A stretch of 40,605 nt of DNA, taken from a virus (taxonomy: Duplodnaviria > Caudoviricetes). A program made the position numbers and the translations under genes. Below are positions 8,685-16,877 of the stretch, piece after piece. Position 1 is the stretch's first letter. Each line of letters opens with the position of its first letter. Under the pieces are notes generated by a model. That model did not search any database and was not told where the DNA came from. It was given only the letters and a program-made list of their open reading frames with translations. The DNA lies in the IMG/VR virus record IMGVR_UViG_3300049782_000032, positions 1 through 40,605 of that record. One strand, written 5' to 3'.

Positions 8685-8945
8685 GTGGCTGGTGAGGTCG
8701 AGCGGGTGCGTGAGGCGCTGCGGGCGCTGGAGGCGATCCCGGATGCGATGGACCGGGCGGCGGCCTGCGCCGAGTTGCTGCGCGAATGGCCCGAGCTGCA
8801 CCGGCTCGTGGCGGACGTGCGGCAGCAGGCGGTCCGTACCGCGAAGGATCAGGGGCACACGTATCGGGCGATCGGCGAGCGGATGGGCGTGACCGGGGAG
8901 ACGGCCGGCCAGATCGCGGCGGGGAAGAACCGGGCGTCGTCATAG
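8685..8945 (+). CDS. Small HTH regulator (86 aa)
   Basis: GGAGG RBS plus GTG; C-terminal HTH GHTYRAIGERMGVTGETAGQIAAG. Confidence 0.8.
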   Translation: MAGEVERVREALRALEAIPDAMDRAAACAELLREWPELHRLVADVRQQAVRTAKDQGHTYRAIGERMGVTGETAGQIAAGKNRASS

Positions 8946-9039
8946 GCTCGACGACGCACGTCAACGCCCGTCGTCCTCCACCCGGGGGATACGACTGCCC
9001 GCTTGGTGTCCTTGATGGCGGTTTCCTGGTTGGTTGGCC

Positions 9040-9390
9040 ATGGCGAACGACCAGATGCATCTGCCCCATGGCGATGAAGAGATCATTCAGCAGGTCGAGG
9101 CGTACACGATGGCGGGGATCACTCGCGCGGTGCTTCGTGGCTGCATCGACCGCGGCGAACTGCGCATCGCAGACCACAAGGGATCACGGGGGTCTGCTCG
9201 GCTGTATCGCGCGGACGTCCTGCGGTTGATGACCGAGAAGGGATGGCGTGGGCCGACGGGCGCTCCCTTGCTGCCACAGCAGATGGGCGGTGACGGGTGC
9301 CGGGAGTGCGCTGTCATGCGAGAGGCTCGGCAGCGGGATGCGGAGACGATTCGTCGGCTGCGAAGCGCGCTGGCGGCGGCAACCGAGTAG
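9040..9390 (+). CDS. Hypothetical protein with MerR/Xis-like HTH, CxxC and short coiled coil
   Basis: AYTMAGITRAVLRGCIDRGEL...RLYRADV; CREC; followed by a hairpin. Confidence 0.55.
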   Translation: MANDQMHLPHGDEEIIQQVEAYTMAGITRAVLRGCIDRGELRIADHKGSRGSARLYRADVLRLMTEKGWRGPTGAPLLPQQMGGDGCRECAVMREARQRDAETIRRLRSALAAATE

Positions 9391-9402
9391 CTGGGCACAG
9401 AC

Positions 9403-9446
9403 GACGCCCCGTCGTCCTCGTCGTCGTGACGGGGTGACGGGGCGTC
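9403..9446. terminator. Hairpin between convergent genes
   Basis: GACGCCCCGTC...GACGGGGCGTC inverted repeat. Confidence 0.5.
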
Positions 9447-9517
9447 TGGTCTGCGTCGTCGGTCGTCGCCCGCGCTAGCCTCCGCACGCGTTCCGTGCGG
9501 AGGCTCGGCCGGGGTGA

Positions 9518-9748
9518 TCAGTGGTGCGATGTGCTGCGGATGAACGCCACGATGCGCATCCCGATCCCGAACGCTCCAGCGGCGGCGCAAGCTCCGACGC
9601 CGGCTGCGGCGTCCAGGGTGAGCTCACCCACGGTGCCCGCGAAGATGCCAACGATGAAACCCACATCAGAGGCGATGAGGGCATTCAGAGTGACGAGGAT
9701 CGCTTTCGAAACGGGCGGTTTGCTACCGATGAGCTGTGTACGGTCCAC
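9518..9748 (-). CDS. Small 2-TM membrane protein (76 aa), lower-GC accessory gene
   Basis: AILVTLNALIASDVGFIVGIFAG and AAAGVGACAAAGAFGIGMRIVAFI hydrophobic segments. Confidence 0.6.
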   Translation of the reverse strand: MDRTQLIGSKPPVSKAILVTLNALIASDVGFIVGIFAGTVGELTLDAAAGVGACAAAGAFGIGMRIVAFIRSTSHH

Positions 9749-10022
9749 CTGAGGGTCCTGTTCTTCGAAGGGAACACGCGCCCTAAATGAGGGTCCGCTG
9801 GAGGCTGTGGAAGGTTGCCAGCGGACCCTCTGGGCTCCTCAGATCTTCCTGGCTGGATGTCCGGATTTCCCAACCGAACCAGGGATTTGTGTTGTTCCTC
9901 ACCACTCAATCTTTCGAGTGATGACTCCTTCGTGCGACCAGTCGAGTTGTGCCTTGAAGCCCGTCTGAGATGTGGCGCAGTGCACCAATGCGGACGGTGG
10001 CAGACACGTTTGCGTGCTCTGA

Positions 10023-10766
10023 CTAGCCACGTTGCAGCAGCGGAGACTGCTCCGACACCGCTGCCGCCTCTCGTTCCCCCCACGTACGTCCGCAGTTGGT
10101 GCAGCGGGCTACGGGGGACGCACCGGCCCCGCCGTACATCTCGATGCGCCCGCCGCAGTCGTGCCGATCCACCAGGGTTCGCCGCTGTCCGACGATGTCC
10201 AGCGCCCGCTCTACCCGCCCGCACGCCGCCCGGGCGACCGAGGCGACGTGATCCCGCTCGCGCACGTGCAGGGCCCGGAACGGGCCGGGCGCCCCCTGCA
10301 CCCTCGCCAACAGCCAGAGGGCCGCGTACGCGGCGTCGGGCCGTATGCCAGCCCACCGCCAGCGCCGCGGGTCGCGCCGGTCCTGCAAGACGAGCAGGTC
10401 CCGGCGCGCCCGGTCCACGGGCGGGTAGCCCTTCGGCAGGGGGCTCATCACGGGGCGCTGCACGGCGGCGGCCGTGTGGTCGGCGCACTCCAGCAGGTCA
10501 GCGCGCACCGTCTGCATGATCTCCAGGACGTGCAGGCGGATCGGGGCACGCATCTCGCCGATCTGCTCGGGGGAGCGTTCGAGGGAGCGCAGGGCGGCGG
10601 CCCGGTGCTGCTCGGCTTCGGCTTCGTCGTCGCTGCGGTGGATGCTGGCGAGGTAGTCGGCCATGCGGCCGGCGGGGGGCCAGGTGGCGGTGCCGGTGGT
10701 GGCGAGTGCGGTGGTGAGGTCCCGCCAGTGGTGGGCGATGGTCCAGAGATGTGCGGCGGTGGTCAT
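10023..10766 (-). CDS. Conserved-type actinophage protein with C-terminal zinc ribbon (possible transcriptional regulator)
   Basis: 247 aa; APIRLHVLE motif; HDCGG...CTNCG; last gene of the early operon. Confidence 0.65.
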   Translation of the reverse strand: MTTAAHLWTIAHHWRDLTTALATTGTATWPPAGRMADYLASIHRSDDEAEAEQHRAAALRSLERSPEQIGEMRAPIRLHVLEIMQTVRADLLECADHTAAAVQRPVMSPLPKGYPPVDRARRDLLVLQDRRDPRRWRWAGIRPDAAYAALWLLARVQGAPGPFRALHVRERDHVASVARAACGRVERALDIVGQRRTLVDRHDCGGRIEMYGGAGASPVARCTNCGRTWGEREAAAVSEQSPLLQRG

Positions 10767-10833
10767 CGGTGGGCGCTCCTGTGGTGCGGGTGCGGTGGTG
10801 CTCAGCGACGGCGGGTGGGAGGGCCGTAGGGGC

Positions 10834-11697
10834 TCAGCCAGGCGGGCCGGTGACGGGCCCGCGCGTGTGCGTCTGTGGGCACTGGTGCGGGCGTTCGGGG
10901 GTGGCGGTGGTCCAGGTGCGGCAGCCGTCGCAGTGGTCCCAGCCTTCGGCCTTGATCTCGGCGTAGGAGTACGGCGTTCCGTCGGGGTGGGTGGGGCGCT
11001 CGCGCTGTTCCCGGACGGGGGCCGCCTCCGTGGTGGGCTGCTCGGTGCCGTCGAGGGCGGTCAGCTCGTGCGGTGCGTGGCGGCGCAGGGCGTCATACCA
11101 GGACCAGCCGTCAACGGGAGGTAGTAGTTCCTCGCCCACGTACTCGCGGGTCAGCCGGATGGCCTGCGCCAACTCGGCGACGGCGGCCTGCGCCTGCTCC
11201 AGCTCGGCGCGGAGGCGGTGAAGGTCGGTGAGCAGCTGCTCGTTCTTCCTGGCGTGGGCTTCCAGCTCGGGCACGATCATCCGGACGTGCCGCTTGTTCC
11301 CGGCGGCCACGGCGCGTGCGGTGTCGGCCTCGCGCGCCTCGGCGTCGAAGTGCTGCCGCAGCAGGGCGCAGTCTGCGGGGCTGAGGAGTCCGCCGCGGTC
11401 GAGGCGGGCGAGGAGGTTGCGCGCGCTGTCGCGGCGGGTGGCGCGCTGCGCTTCCTCGTCGGCAGCCGGGGCCTGCTCGGTGTCGTTGCGGCGGCAGAAG
11501 CAGCCGGGGCCGCACTCGGGGATGCCGGGCAGCGGGATGCGGACACTCTTCGTTGCCTCGTCGTCGGCCGTCGTCGTCGCGCCGAGGACGTGTTCGACGA
11601 CGGGTGTCGGCTGGGCGTCGGCGATGCGTCCGACCTGCGTCGTCAGGGCGTCGATGGCGCGGACGACGGCCTTCGCATCGAGGCTGGTAAGGCTCAC
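10834..11697 (-). CDS. Hypothetical coiled-coil protein with Cys motifs
   Basis: GTGA-coupled start VSLTSLDAKAVVRAIDALTTQVGRIAD; CGPGCFC and CDGC..HQC motifs. Confidence 0.7.
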   Translation of the reverse strand: MSLTSLDAKAVVRAIDALTTQVGRIADAQPTPVVEHVLGATTTADDEATKSVRIPLPGIPECGPGCFCRRNDTEQAPAADEEAQRATRRDSARNLLARLDRGGLLSPADCALLRQHFDAEAREADTARAVAAGNKRHVRMIVPELEAHARKNEQLLTDLHRLRAELEQAQAAVAELAQAIRLTREYVGEELLPPVDGWSWYDALRRHAPHELTALDGTEQPTTEAAPVREQRERPTHPDGTPYSYAEIKAEGWDHCDGCRTWTTATPERPHQCPQTHTRGPVTGPPG

Positions 11698-12047
11698 GTG
11701 GTCTGGTCCTTCCTGGTGCAGGTGGTGGGCTCGTGCTCGGCGCCGGCGGAGGTCCACCAGCGTTCGCAGCAGGCGGCGGCCAGGGCGACGGCCACGACGC
11801 CGTCCTCCAGCGAGGTGCGCTGGCGGGGTGGTCTGGTGGCGCGCTCCAGCTGGACCTGGGTGGCGCGCAACTCGTCGCGGAGGTAGGCGTGGTGGGCTAT
11901 CGCCGTGGCGAACAGGACGGCGGCCCCGGCGAAGAACAGCGTGTACGGCCACGAGCCGTTGGTGTGGCTGACCATGGCGCAGCGCAGCAGCACGACCGCG
12001 ACGAGGGCGTACAGGCCGGCGAGGGCGTTGGTGAAGTGGCGGGTCAC
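11694..12047 (-). CDS. Membrane protein (2 TM) with CCERWW motif
   Basis: GTGA overlap; two hydrophobic helices, then AAACCERWWTS. Confidence 0.7.
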   Translation of the reverse strand: MTRHFTNALAGLYALVAVVLLRCAMVSHTNGSWPYTLFFAGAAVLFATAIAHHAYLRDELRATQVQLERATRPPRQRTSLEDGVVAVALAAACCERWWTSAGAEHEPTTCTRKDQTT

Positions 12048-12202
12048 AGGTACCTCCCGGCGAGGGGGACGGTGGTCATCGTGTAGAGCTGGCGGAGGGT
12101 GGCTCGTTGGCCGCGGAGGTCGCTGGAGGGGCGCTTCTGGGTGCACCGGCAGGTGCCGGTGCGGGGGAGGAAGTGGCCGCGGGGGCAGCGGGGTCGGGTC
12201 AT
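12044..12202 (-). CDS. Small Cys-rich peptide
   Basis: MTRPRCPRGHFLPRTGTCRC...; coupled by ATGA/GTGA overlaps. Confidence 0.55.
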   Translation of the reverse strand: MTRPRCPRGHFLPRTGTCRCTQKRPSSDLRGQRATLRQLYTMTTVPLAGRYL

Positions 12203-12300
12203 CGGAGCCGCCAGAGCTGGTGGGACCAGTGGGCGAGGGGCAGGCCGGCGAAGAGCACGACGATGGCGACGAACCCGAGGCAGCCGAGGAGGGTGATCAC
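12199..12300 (-). CDS. Small single-TM peptide (33 aa)
   Basis: VITLLGCLGFVAIVVLFAGLPLAHWSHQLWRLR; overlapping start/stop on both sides. Confidence 0.55.
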   Translation of the reverse strand: MITLLGCLGFVAIVVLFAGLPLAHWSHQLWRLR

Positions 12301-12686
12301 GGTTGCGCCTCGTCGGCACGCGCGGGCAGCACCGCCAGCAGGTCGGCGCCGCACCTCGGGTGGACGCAGATCCCACCGTCGGGCAGGTCATCAGCCCCCA
12401 CCCCTTGGAAGTCGACGTACCGCGAGGCGGGGACGGGCTTGTGCTTGAGGCAGTGCAGCAGCCGACCACGGTCCTGCTGGTAGCCGACCAGGCCGGTAGC
12501 GGCGAGGCGCTCCACCTCGCGGTCGGGGACGAGCTCGACGGCTCCGTACCAGTCGGTGGAGTTGTGGTCGGTCATGGTCTTCTCCTGGGCTCGGCGGGTG
12601 AGGTAGGCGCGGAAGTCGGCGATGGCCTGGCGGTCGGCGTCGGTGAGTTGGGCGCGGGGGTCGTTGCCGCATCGGGGTCGAGGCAT
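12297..12686 (-). CDS. Hypothetical protein (possible zinc-binding)
   Basis: AGGAG RBS; HCLKH...CVHPRC; a second in-frame RBS/ATG at MTDHN. Confidence 0.65.
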   Translation of the reverse strand: MPRPRCGNDPRAQLTDADRQAIADFRAYLTRRAQEKTMTDHNSTDWYGAVELVPDREVERLAATGLVGYQQDRGRLLHCLKHKPVPASRYVDFQGVGADDLPDGGICVHPRCGADLLAVLPARADEAQP

Positions 12687-12830
12687 GTGGTTCTCCTGGT
12701 GCTAGCGAGACGCTGTGCGGCCGCTGGAGCGCCGTTCCCGGGTCCGGCGACTCCCTGTCCGCCAGGAACCCCGAGAGGCCGCGTGGGGCCGTCTGTGCGC
12801 GAGGACGGGCGGAACCGGATGACGCGGCGG

Positions 12831-13061
12831 TCAGGCGGCGTCTGTGTGGGTCTGGTTGGGCTGGATGAGGCGGAGGTGTGGGCGGTGGCGTTGGCGGTCG
12901 CGTTGGGCGGTCTTGCTGGGGTCCTGCCAGCCCTTGATGCCGGCGAGGAGGTCGGCGAGGTGTTTGGCTTGTTCTTCGGGTGTCCAGGGCTGGTGGGGTG
13001 GCTTGGCGGGTGGTCGGGTGGGGATGGCTTCTTGCATGAGGCGCTCGTAGGGCGTGGTCAT
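12831..13061 (-). CDS. Hypothetical protein (76 aa)
   Basis: MTTPYERLMQEAIPT...WTPEEQAKHLADL; GGAG RBS. Confidence 0.65.
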   Translation of the reverse strand: MTTPYERLMQEAIPTRPPAKPPHQPWTPEEQAKHLADLLAGIKGWQDPSKTAQRDRQRHRPHLRLIQPNQTHTDAA

Positions 13062-13101
13062 GGCGCTCTCCGGGGCTCGGGCGGTTGGTCGGCGGTGCTG
13101 G

Positions 13102-13662
13102 TCAGGCGGTGGGGGGCTGCTCGTCGGTTGTGCGGCGCAGTTGGGTGACCCGCTCGTGGATCGCGTCCCACGGCGCGCCCGTGCCGAGGCCCAACGCGAG
13201 GGACAGGGCGAAGCGGTGCCCCTCGATGACGGCGCGGCCCGACTCGATCAGCCCTTGGTGCCCCTCGCGCATGCAGCGCGCCCCCACCTTGGCCAGGCCC
13301 CGAGCGCGCTCGGCGTCCTGCTGGAGAACCTCGACCTGTGCGCGCAGGCGGCCTTCTTCGGTGAGCGCGGGCGGCGGCAGGACGACGGCGGTCTGCTCGC
13401 CGTCGGGTCCGGCGAGGTCTTGTCGGAGGGCGGCGGCGCGTTCGGCGTCGAGCTCCAGCCAGTACGGCTCGCCTTGGGGGCCGGACAGCAGGACGGTCAC
13501 GGAGTCGTCGTCGCCCCACATGACGTCGTTGAGGCCCCAGCGCAGCGGCGTGGGGTCGGGGGCGTCGGCGAGGGTGGCGGTGGGGGTGAGCATGGCGGCG
13601 ATCTCGTCGGAGCCGAAGCCGTCGCGGCGGAGGCTGGCGGCCATCTCGTTCTGGGGGCTCAT
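13102..13662 (-). CDS. Hypothetical protein
   Basis: ATGA overlap with the rep stop; LRWGLNDVMWGDDDSVTVLLSGPQGEPYWLEL. Confidence 0.7.
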   Translation of the reverse strand: MSPQNEMAASLRRDGFGSDEIAAMLTPTATLADAPDPTPLRWGLNDVMWGDDDSVTVLLSGPQGEPYWLELDAERAAALRQDLAGPDGEQTAVVLPPPALTEEGRLRAQVEVLQQDAERARGLAKVGARCMREGHQGLIESGRAVIEGHRFALSLALGLGTGAPWDAIHERVTQLRRTTDEQPPTA

Positions 13663-14501
13663 GCGGTGTGCCTTCCGTGGTCGGTGGTGGCGAGTTGGGG
13701 TTCGCAGCGGGTGTGGACGGTGCGGCCGGGGCGTCGGGGGTCGGGCATGACGCGGCGGTGGCAGGCGGGGCAGATGGGCCACGTCTCGAAGTCGTCCGGG
13801 TTCGGCGGCGGCGTGGTGTCGTCGTGGTGTTCCTGGTGATCGATCTCGTCGTCCGGAGCGCCCACTAGCTGAGGTCGGAAAGAGACCTCGGCCGATTCAT
13901 GGGTTAGTTCTTGGCTAACCCCTGGGTTGTTCGGGTCGCGGTGACCCGAACCAATCGGGTCGCGGTGACCCGAACTCCAAGGGGTCGCGGTGACCCGAAC
14001 TTCGTTCTCCGTACCGTCGGTAAGTTCGGGTCGCGGTGACCCGAACTGGTTCGGGTCGCGGTCACCCGAACTTTCGGTGTCCTCGGACCACGCCGCGGGC
14101 CGCTTCCCGGGCTTCCGGGCGGTCGCCTTCAGGTAGTCCTCGGCGGCCGGCCAGTCCGGGAAGGGGTGCACGAGGAGCACGTACAGCGTCGGTACGCCGC
14201 GCTTGCGCTCGCCTCGGACGGTGACGACGCCCGCGCGGATCGCGGCCTCGATGTAGCGGCGGGCGTCCTTCTCGTTGGCGCACGCGGCCTTGGCAATGTC
14301 CTGGATGCGGATCGGTTTCCGGTCGCCGTTGAAGCGGAGTTCCCCTGCGGCGTTGGCCATGGCGCGCAGGGCGTAGAGGAGCGTGGGCAGGCCGGACCGC
14401 CGCACGTAGGCGGGCATGGCCCGGGTCCACTTCCAGGCGAGGGCGTTGCCGAACGCGTTCGGGACGCTGCCGCTGGCGGGGCCCTGCTCCTCTGTACTCA
14501 A
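13659..14501 (-). CDS. Replication initiator (lambda O-like, N-terminal winged HTH) containing iterons
   Basis: LLYALRAMANAAGEL...IQDIAKAACANEKDARRYIEAAIRAGVV...PTLYVL wHTH; internal DNA repeats; C-terminal CPAC..HTRC. Confidence 0.72.
   Translation of the reverse strand: MSTEEQGPASGSVPNAFGNALAWKWTRAMPAYVRRSGLPTLLYALRAMANAAGELRFNGDRKPIRIQDIAKAACANEKDARRYIEAAIRAGVVTVRGERKRGVPTLYVLLVHPFPDWPAAEDYLKATARKPGKRPAAWSEDTESSGDRDPNQFGSPRPELTDGTENEVRVTATPWSSGHRDPIGSGHRDPNNPGVSQELTHESAEVSFRPQLVGAPDDEIDHQEHHDDTTPPPNPDDFETWPICPACHRRVMPDPRRPGRTVHTRCEPQLATTDHGRHTA
13929..14071. repeat. Five palindromic iterons (putative replication origin)
   Basis: (GTTC)GGGTCGCGGTGACCCGAAC at 13929-13951, 13955-13975, 13982-14000, 14024-14046 and 14049-14071 (last has one variant base). 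Confidence 0.85.
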
Positions 14502-14585
14502 CTCGGGTCTTCTCTCAGTGCGGGTGGTGAACCGATCCGGCAAGATCCGCCCGGGGCGGGAGTCGTCGCCCCGGGCGGGGCTCGG

Positions 14586-15023
14586 TCAGCGGACGTACTC
14601 GTCGCGGCGCTCCTGCTCGCGGCGCCGCTTGTACTCCTTCAGCTCGTCCTCGGTCGGCTTGGTCGCGACGAGCCCGGCGAGCTGGCCGTCCGGGTGGATG
14701 GGGCCCTTGCCGACCTCGTCGAACGTGCCGTCGATCTGGCGGCCGCGGTACATGGCGCGGCGGGCCTCGATGAGGGACTGCGCGTCCTCGTCGGTGCGGG
14801 CGACTTCGCAGCCGGTGACGCGGAGCTTCACCTGCGGGGCCTTGTCCTCGCCCTCGGCGTGGCCCGTGTAGGACTTCGAGGACAGTTCGACGATGGCGTA
14901 GACGACGGTGCCGGGCTTCTCGAAGAGGCCGCGGCGCTGCTCGCGGGTCATCGACGCTTCGATGGCGACGGCGGCGGAGTCGAGCTTGACCTCGGGAACG
15001 TCGGCGGGGCTGAGCTTGGGCAT
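14586..15023 (-). CDS. Hypothetical protein (145 aa)
   Basis: MPKLSPADVPEVKLDS...; AGAAAGG RBS; typical codon usage. Confidence 0.75.
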   Translation of the reverse strand: MPKLSPADVPEVKLDSAAVAIEASMTREQRRGLFEKPGTVVYAIVELSSKSYTGHAEGEDKAPQVKLRVTGCEVARTDEDAQSLIEARRAMYRGRQIDGTFDEVGKGPIHPDGQLAGLVATKPTEDELKEYKRRREQERRDEYVR

Positions 15024-15051
15024 GTGCTGTGCCTTTCTGGATCGGTGGTGC

Positions 15052-15435
15052 TCAGGGCTGGGGGAAGTGCTTGGCGATCTCGACGCCCACGCCCTCGACG
15101 AGCGCGCGGCGCATGTCGTCGGGCATGTCGGGCCGGACGGCGAAGTGCAGGCGGAACCAAGGGCCGTAGTCCGTGTGCGCGGTGAGCTGCTCGGGCAGGG
15201 GCTCCAGGCCGTCGGCGCCGAGGTTGACGGCCCACTCGGAGACGTCGGCCGCGCTGCTGATCAGACCGTGGATCCTGCGCTGGGCGTCGGTGAAGTCGTC
15301 GGCACTGAGGCTGCGCCACTCCTCGTCGTCCATCTGCTTGCCGACGCCCATGAAGTCCGGGGCCTCGGTGAGGGCTACGTGCTGGCGGGCGGCCTCGATG
15401 CGGAGGTCGTCGTCGGTGTACGGGAGGTCGGTCAC
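15052..15435 (-). CDS. Hypothetical acidic protein
   Basis: GTGA start VTDLPYTDDDLRIEAARQH...AADVSEWAVNLGADGLEP. Confidence 0.7.
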   Translation of the reverse strand: MTDLPYTDDDLRIEAARQHVALTEAPDFMGVGKQMDDEEWRSLSADDFTDAQRRIHGLISSAADVSEWAVNLGADGLEPLPEQLTAHTDYGPWFRLHFAVRPDMPDDMRRALVEGVGVEIAKHFPQP

Positions 15436-15677
15436 GTGGTCTGTCCGTTCTGGTGGTAGGCGTCGGCCGCCTCGGCGGCCTGTCGGGCGAGCGCCTCTTC
15501 GGCGCAGACCTTGTGCGCGGGCTTCATCCGGGAGTCCCGGGTGTGCGCGGGGAAGCCGCAGTAGCGGCACGGGAGGGGCCGGTCGGACCAGTGCGAGGAG
15601 TCGCGCCAGTCGAGGAGCTGGCCCGGCTGGTACTCGGGCTCGGGCGGCGGGGCGCGGCGGCGCCGGCGGCCGGTCAC
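15432..15677 (-). CDS. Small zinc-finger protein
   Basis: LLDWRDSSHWSDRPLPCRYC...AHKVC; GTGA coupling. Confidence 0.7.
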   Translation of the reverse strand: MTGRRRRRAPPPEPEYQPGQLLDWRDSSHWSDRPLPCRYCGFPAHTRDSRMKPAHKVCAEEALARQAAEAADAYHQNGQTT

Positions 15678-16126
15678 TCGGACGCCCCGAAGATTGCGTC
15701 GAATGCTCGGTCGGCCCGCTTGTTGGCCTCCCGGATTCGCCGGTCGGCGAGGTGGGCGCCGGCGACACAGCCCTTCATGCCGCACGTCGGGAGCGCCTTC
15801 CCCTCCGGCTCACGGCCGTGGTGCAGTTGGAAGGCAACCCGCGGCGCGGGGACACGTTGGCCGCCATGGAGGACGAGCGGAGTGTTGCTGGTGCCGTCCC
15901 GGTAGCCGGTCCAGCGCACGTGGCCGTCGTCGAGCTGCTCGGTGTTCCCACGGAAGACATCGGCGAGCGATGGGTACCGGCTGCGCTTCCCCCGCCGGGG
16001 TGCGGGCAGGCCTAGCAGCTTGCGGGCTCGTGCCACAGTGGCTCGGTCGACGTGGAGTTGGTGCGCGATGTGGCTCTCGGGGCGACCGGCGCGGAGCAGT
16101 TCGGCGATGTCAGCGCGGACCTTCAT
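15674..16126 (-). CDS. HTH plus degenerate HNH/His-Me finger protein
   Basis: HTH ELLRAGRPESHIAHQLHVDRATVARAR; C-terminal HVRWTG...RVAFQLHHGREP...CGMKGCVAGAHL. Confidence 0.7.
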   Translation of the reverse strand: MKVRADIAELLRAGRPESHIAHQLHVDRATVARARKLLGLPAPRRGKRSRYPSLADVFRGNTEQLDDGHVRWTGYRDGTSNTPLVLHGGQRVPAPRVAFQLHHGREPEGKALPTCGMKGCVAGAHLADRRIREANKRADRAFDAIFGASE

Positions 16127-16620
16127 CGGATCACCGCCTCGTAGCCGAGGGGGTCCTCGCCGGCGGCCAGGCCGCGGACGACGAGGACGATCTGCCCGCG
16201 CTTCCGCTTCTCTCCGAGTCGCATGTCCGGGCCGAGCAGCCGCGTGTGGTCGTCGTCCTCGAGGACCCCGGCGTCGACGAGTCCGTCCACGGCGGCCTTG
16301 AAGCTGGGGTACCAGTTCGCGGGGTCCCGGCGGCCGTCGGTGGGCGGGTGCAGCACGCCGAGAATGTGCGCCCGCTGGAACAGGGCGCCGGGCTTGGCGG
16401 CGGCGAGGGCGTCCATGAGGGCCGGGCACTCGCTGACGGCCTCCATGGCGGCGGCCCGCAGCTTGGCCGTGTACTCGCCCTTCCGCTTGTAGTGCAACCG
16501 CTGGTTGGCGTTCAGCAGCTTCAGGCCGGCGGGCAGGGTGATGACGAACGGGGTGGGCCGGGGCCCGGCCGCCTGGGTGGCGGCCGGACGCTCCGGGTCG
16601 AACAGGGTCGGCGCGCTCAC
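16123..16620 (-). CDS. rusA: RusA-like Holliday junction resolvase
   Basis: LNANQRLH; RRDPANWYPSFKAAVDGLVDAGVLEDDD catalytic pattern (D..N....K...D...DD). Confidence 0.8.
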   Translation of the reverse strand: MSAPTLFDPERPAATQAAGPRPTPFVITLPAGLKLLNANQRLHYKRKGEYTAKLRAAAMEAVSECPALMDALAAAKPGALFQRAHILGVLHPPTDGRRDPANWYPSFKAAVDGLVDAGVLEDDDHTRLLGPDMRLGEKRKRGQIVLVVRGLAAGEDPLGYEAVIR

Positions 16621-16877
16621 GCGGCACCGCCCGGGTGCGGCGCGCTCGTCAGCGGGCCGTGATCGGTGTACGTGCGGCACGTCCAGCAGACGCGGCCACC
16701 GGTCCGCAGGAACGCGTGCAGCCGGTACCGCTCCTCGGCCGGGCACCACGCCTCGTCGTTGGACATGGCCTCGGTCGGGCGCATGAGGACGTTGAGGGGC
16801 ACCTGCTCCTCGATGACGCGGGGGGCGCGGCGGCGGCCGGCAGGGCGGACGAGCTGACGCAAGCGACGGACGTTCAC
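16617..16877 (-). CDS. Hypothetical zinc-ribbon protein
   Basis: WCPAE...LHA...CWTC; GTGA coupling. Confidence 0.65.
   Translation of the reverse strand: MNVRRLRQLVRPAGRRRAPRVIEEQVPLNVLMRPTEAMSNDEAWCPAEERYRLHAFLRTGGRVCWTCRTYTDHGPLTSAPHPGGAA

Noticed and set aside
13929-14071. CRISPR array, or clt/TraB recognition repeats (GACCCGAA resembles the pSVH1 GACCCGGA 8-mer)
   Set aside because: Spacers are mostly only 2-6 bp, no cas or traB gene is present, and the repeats lie inside a replication-initiator-like CDS; iterons explain them better.
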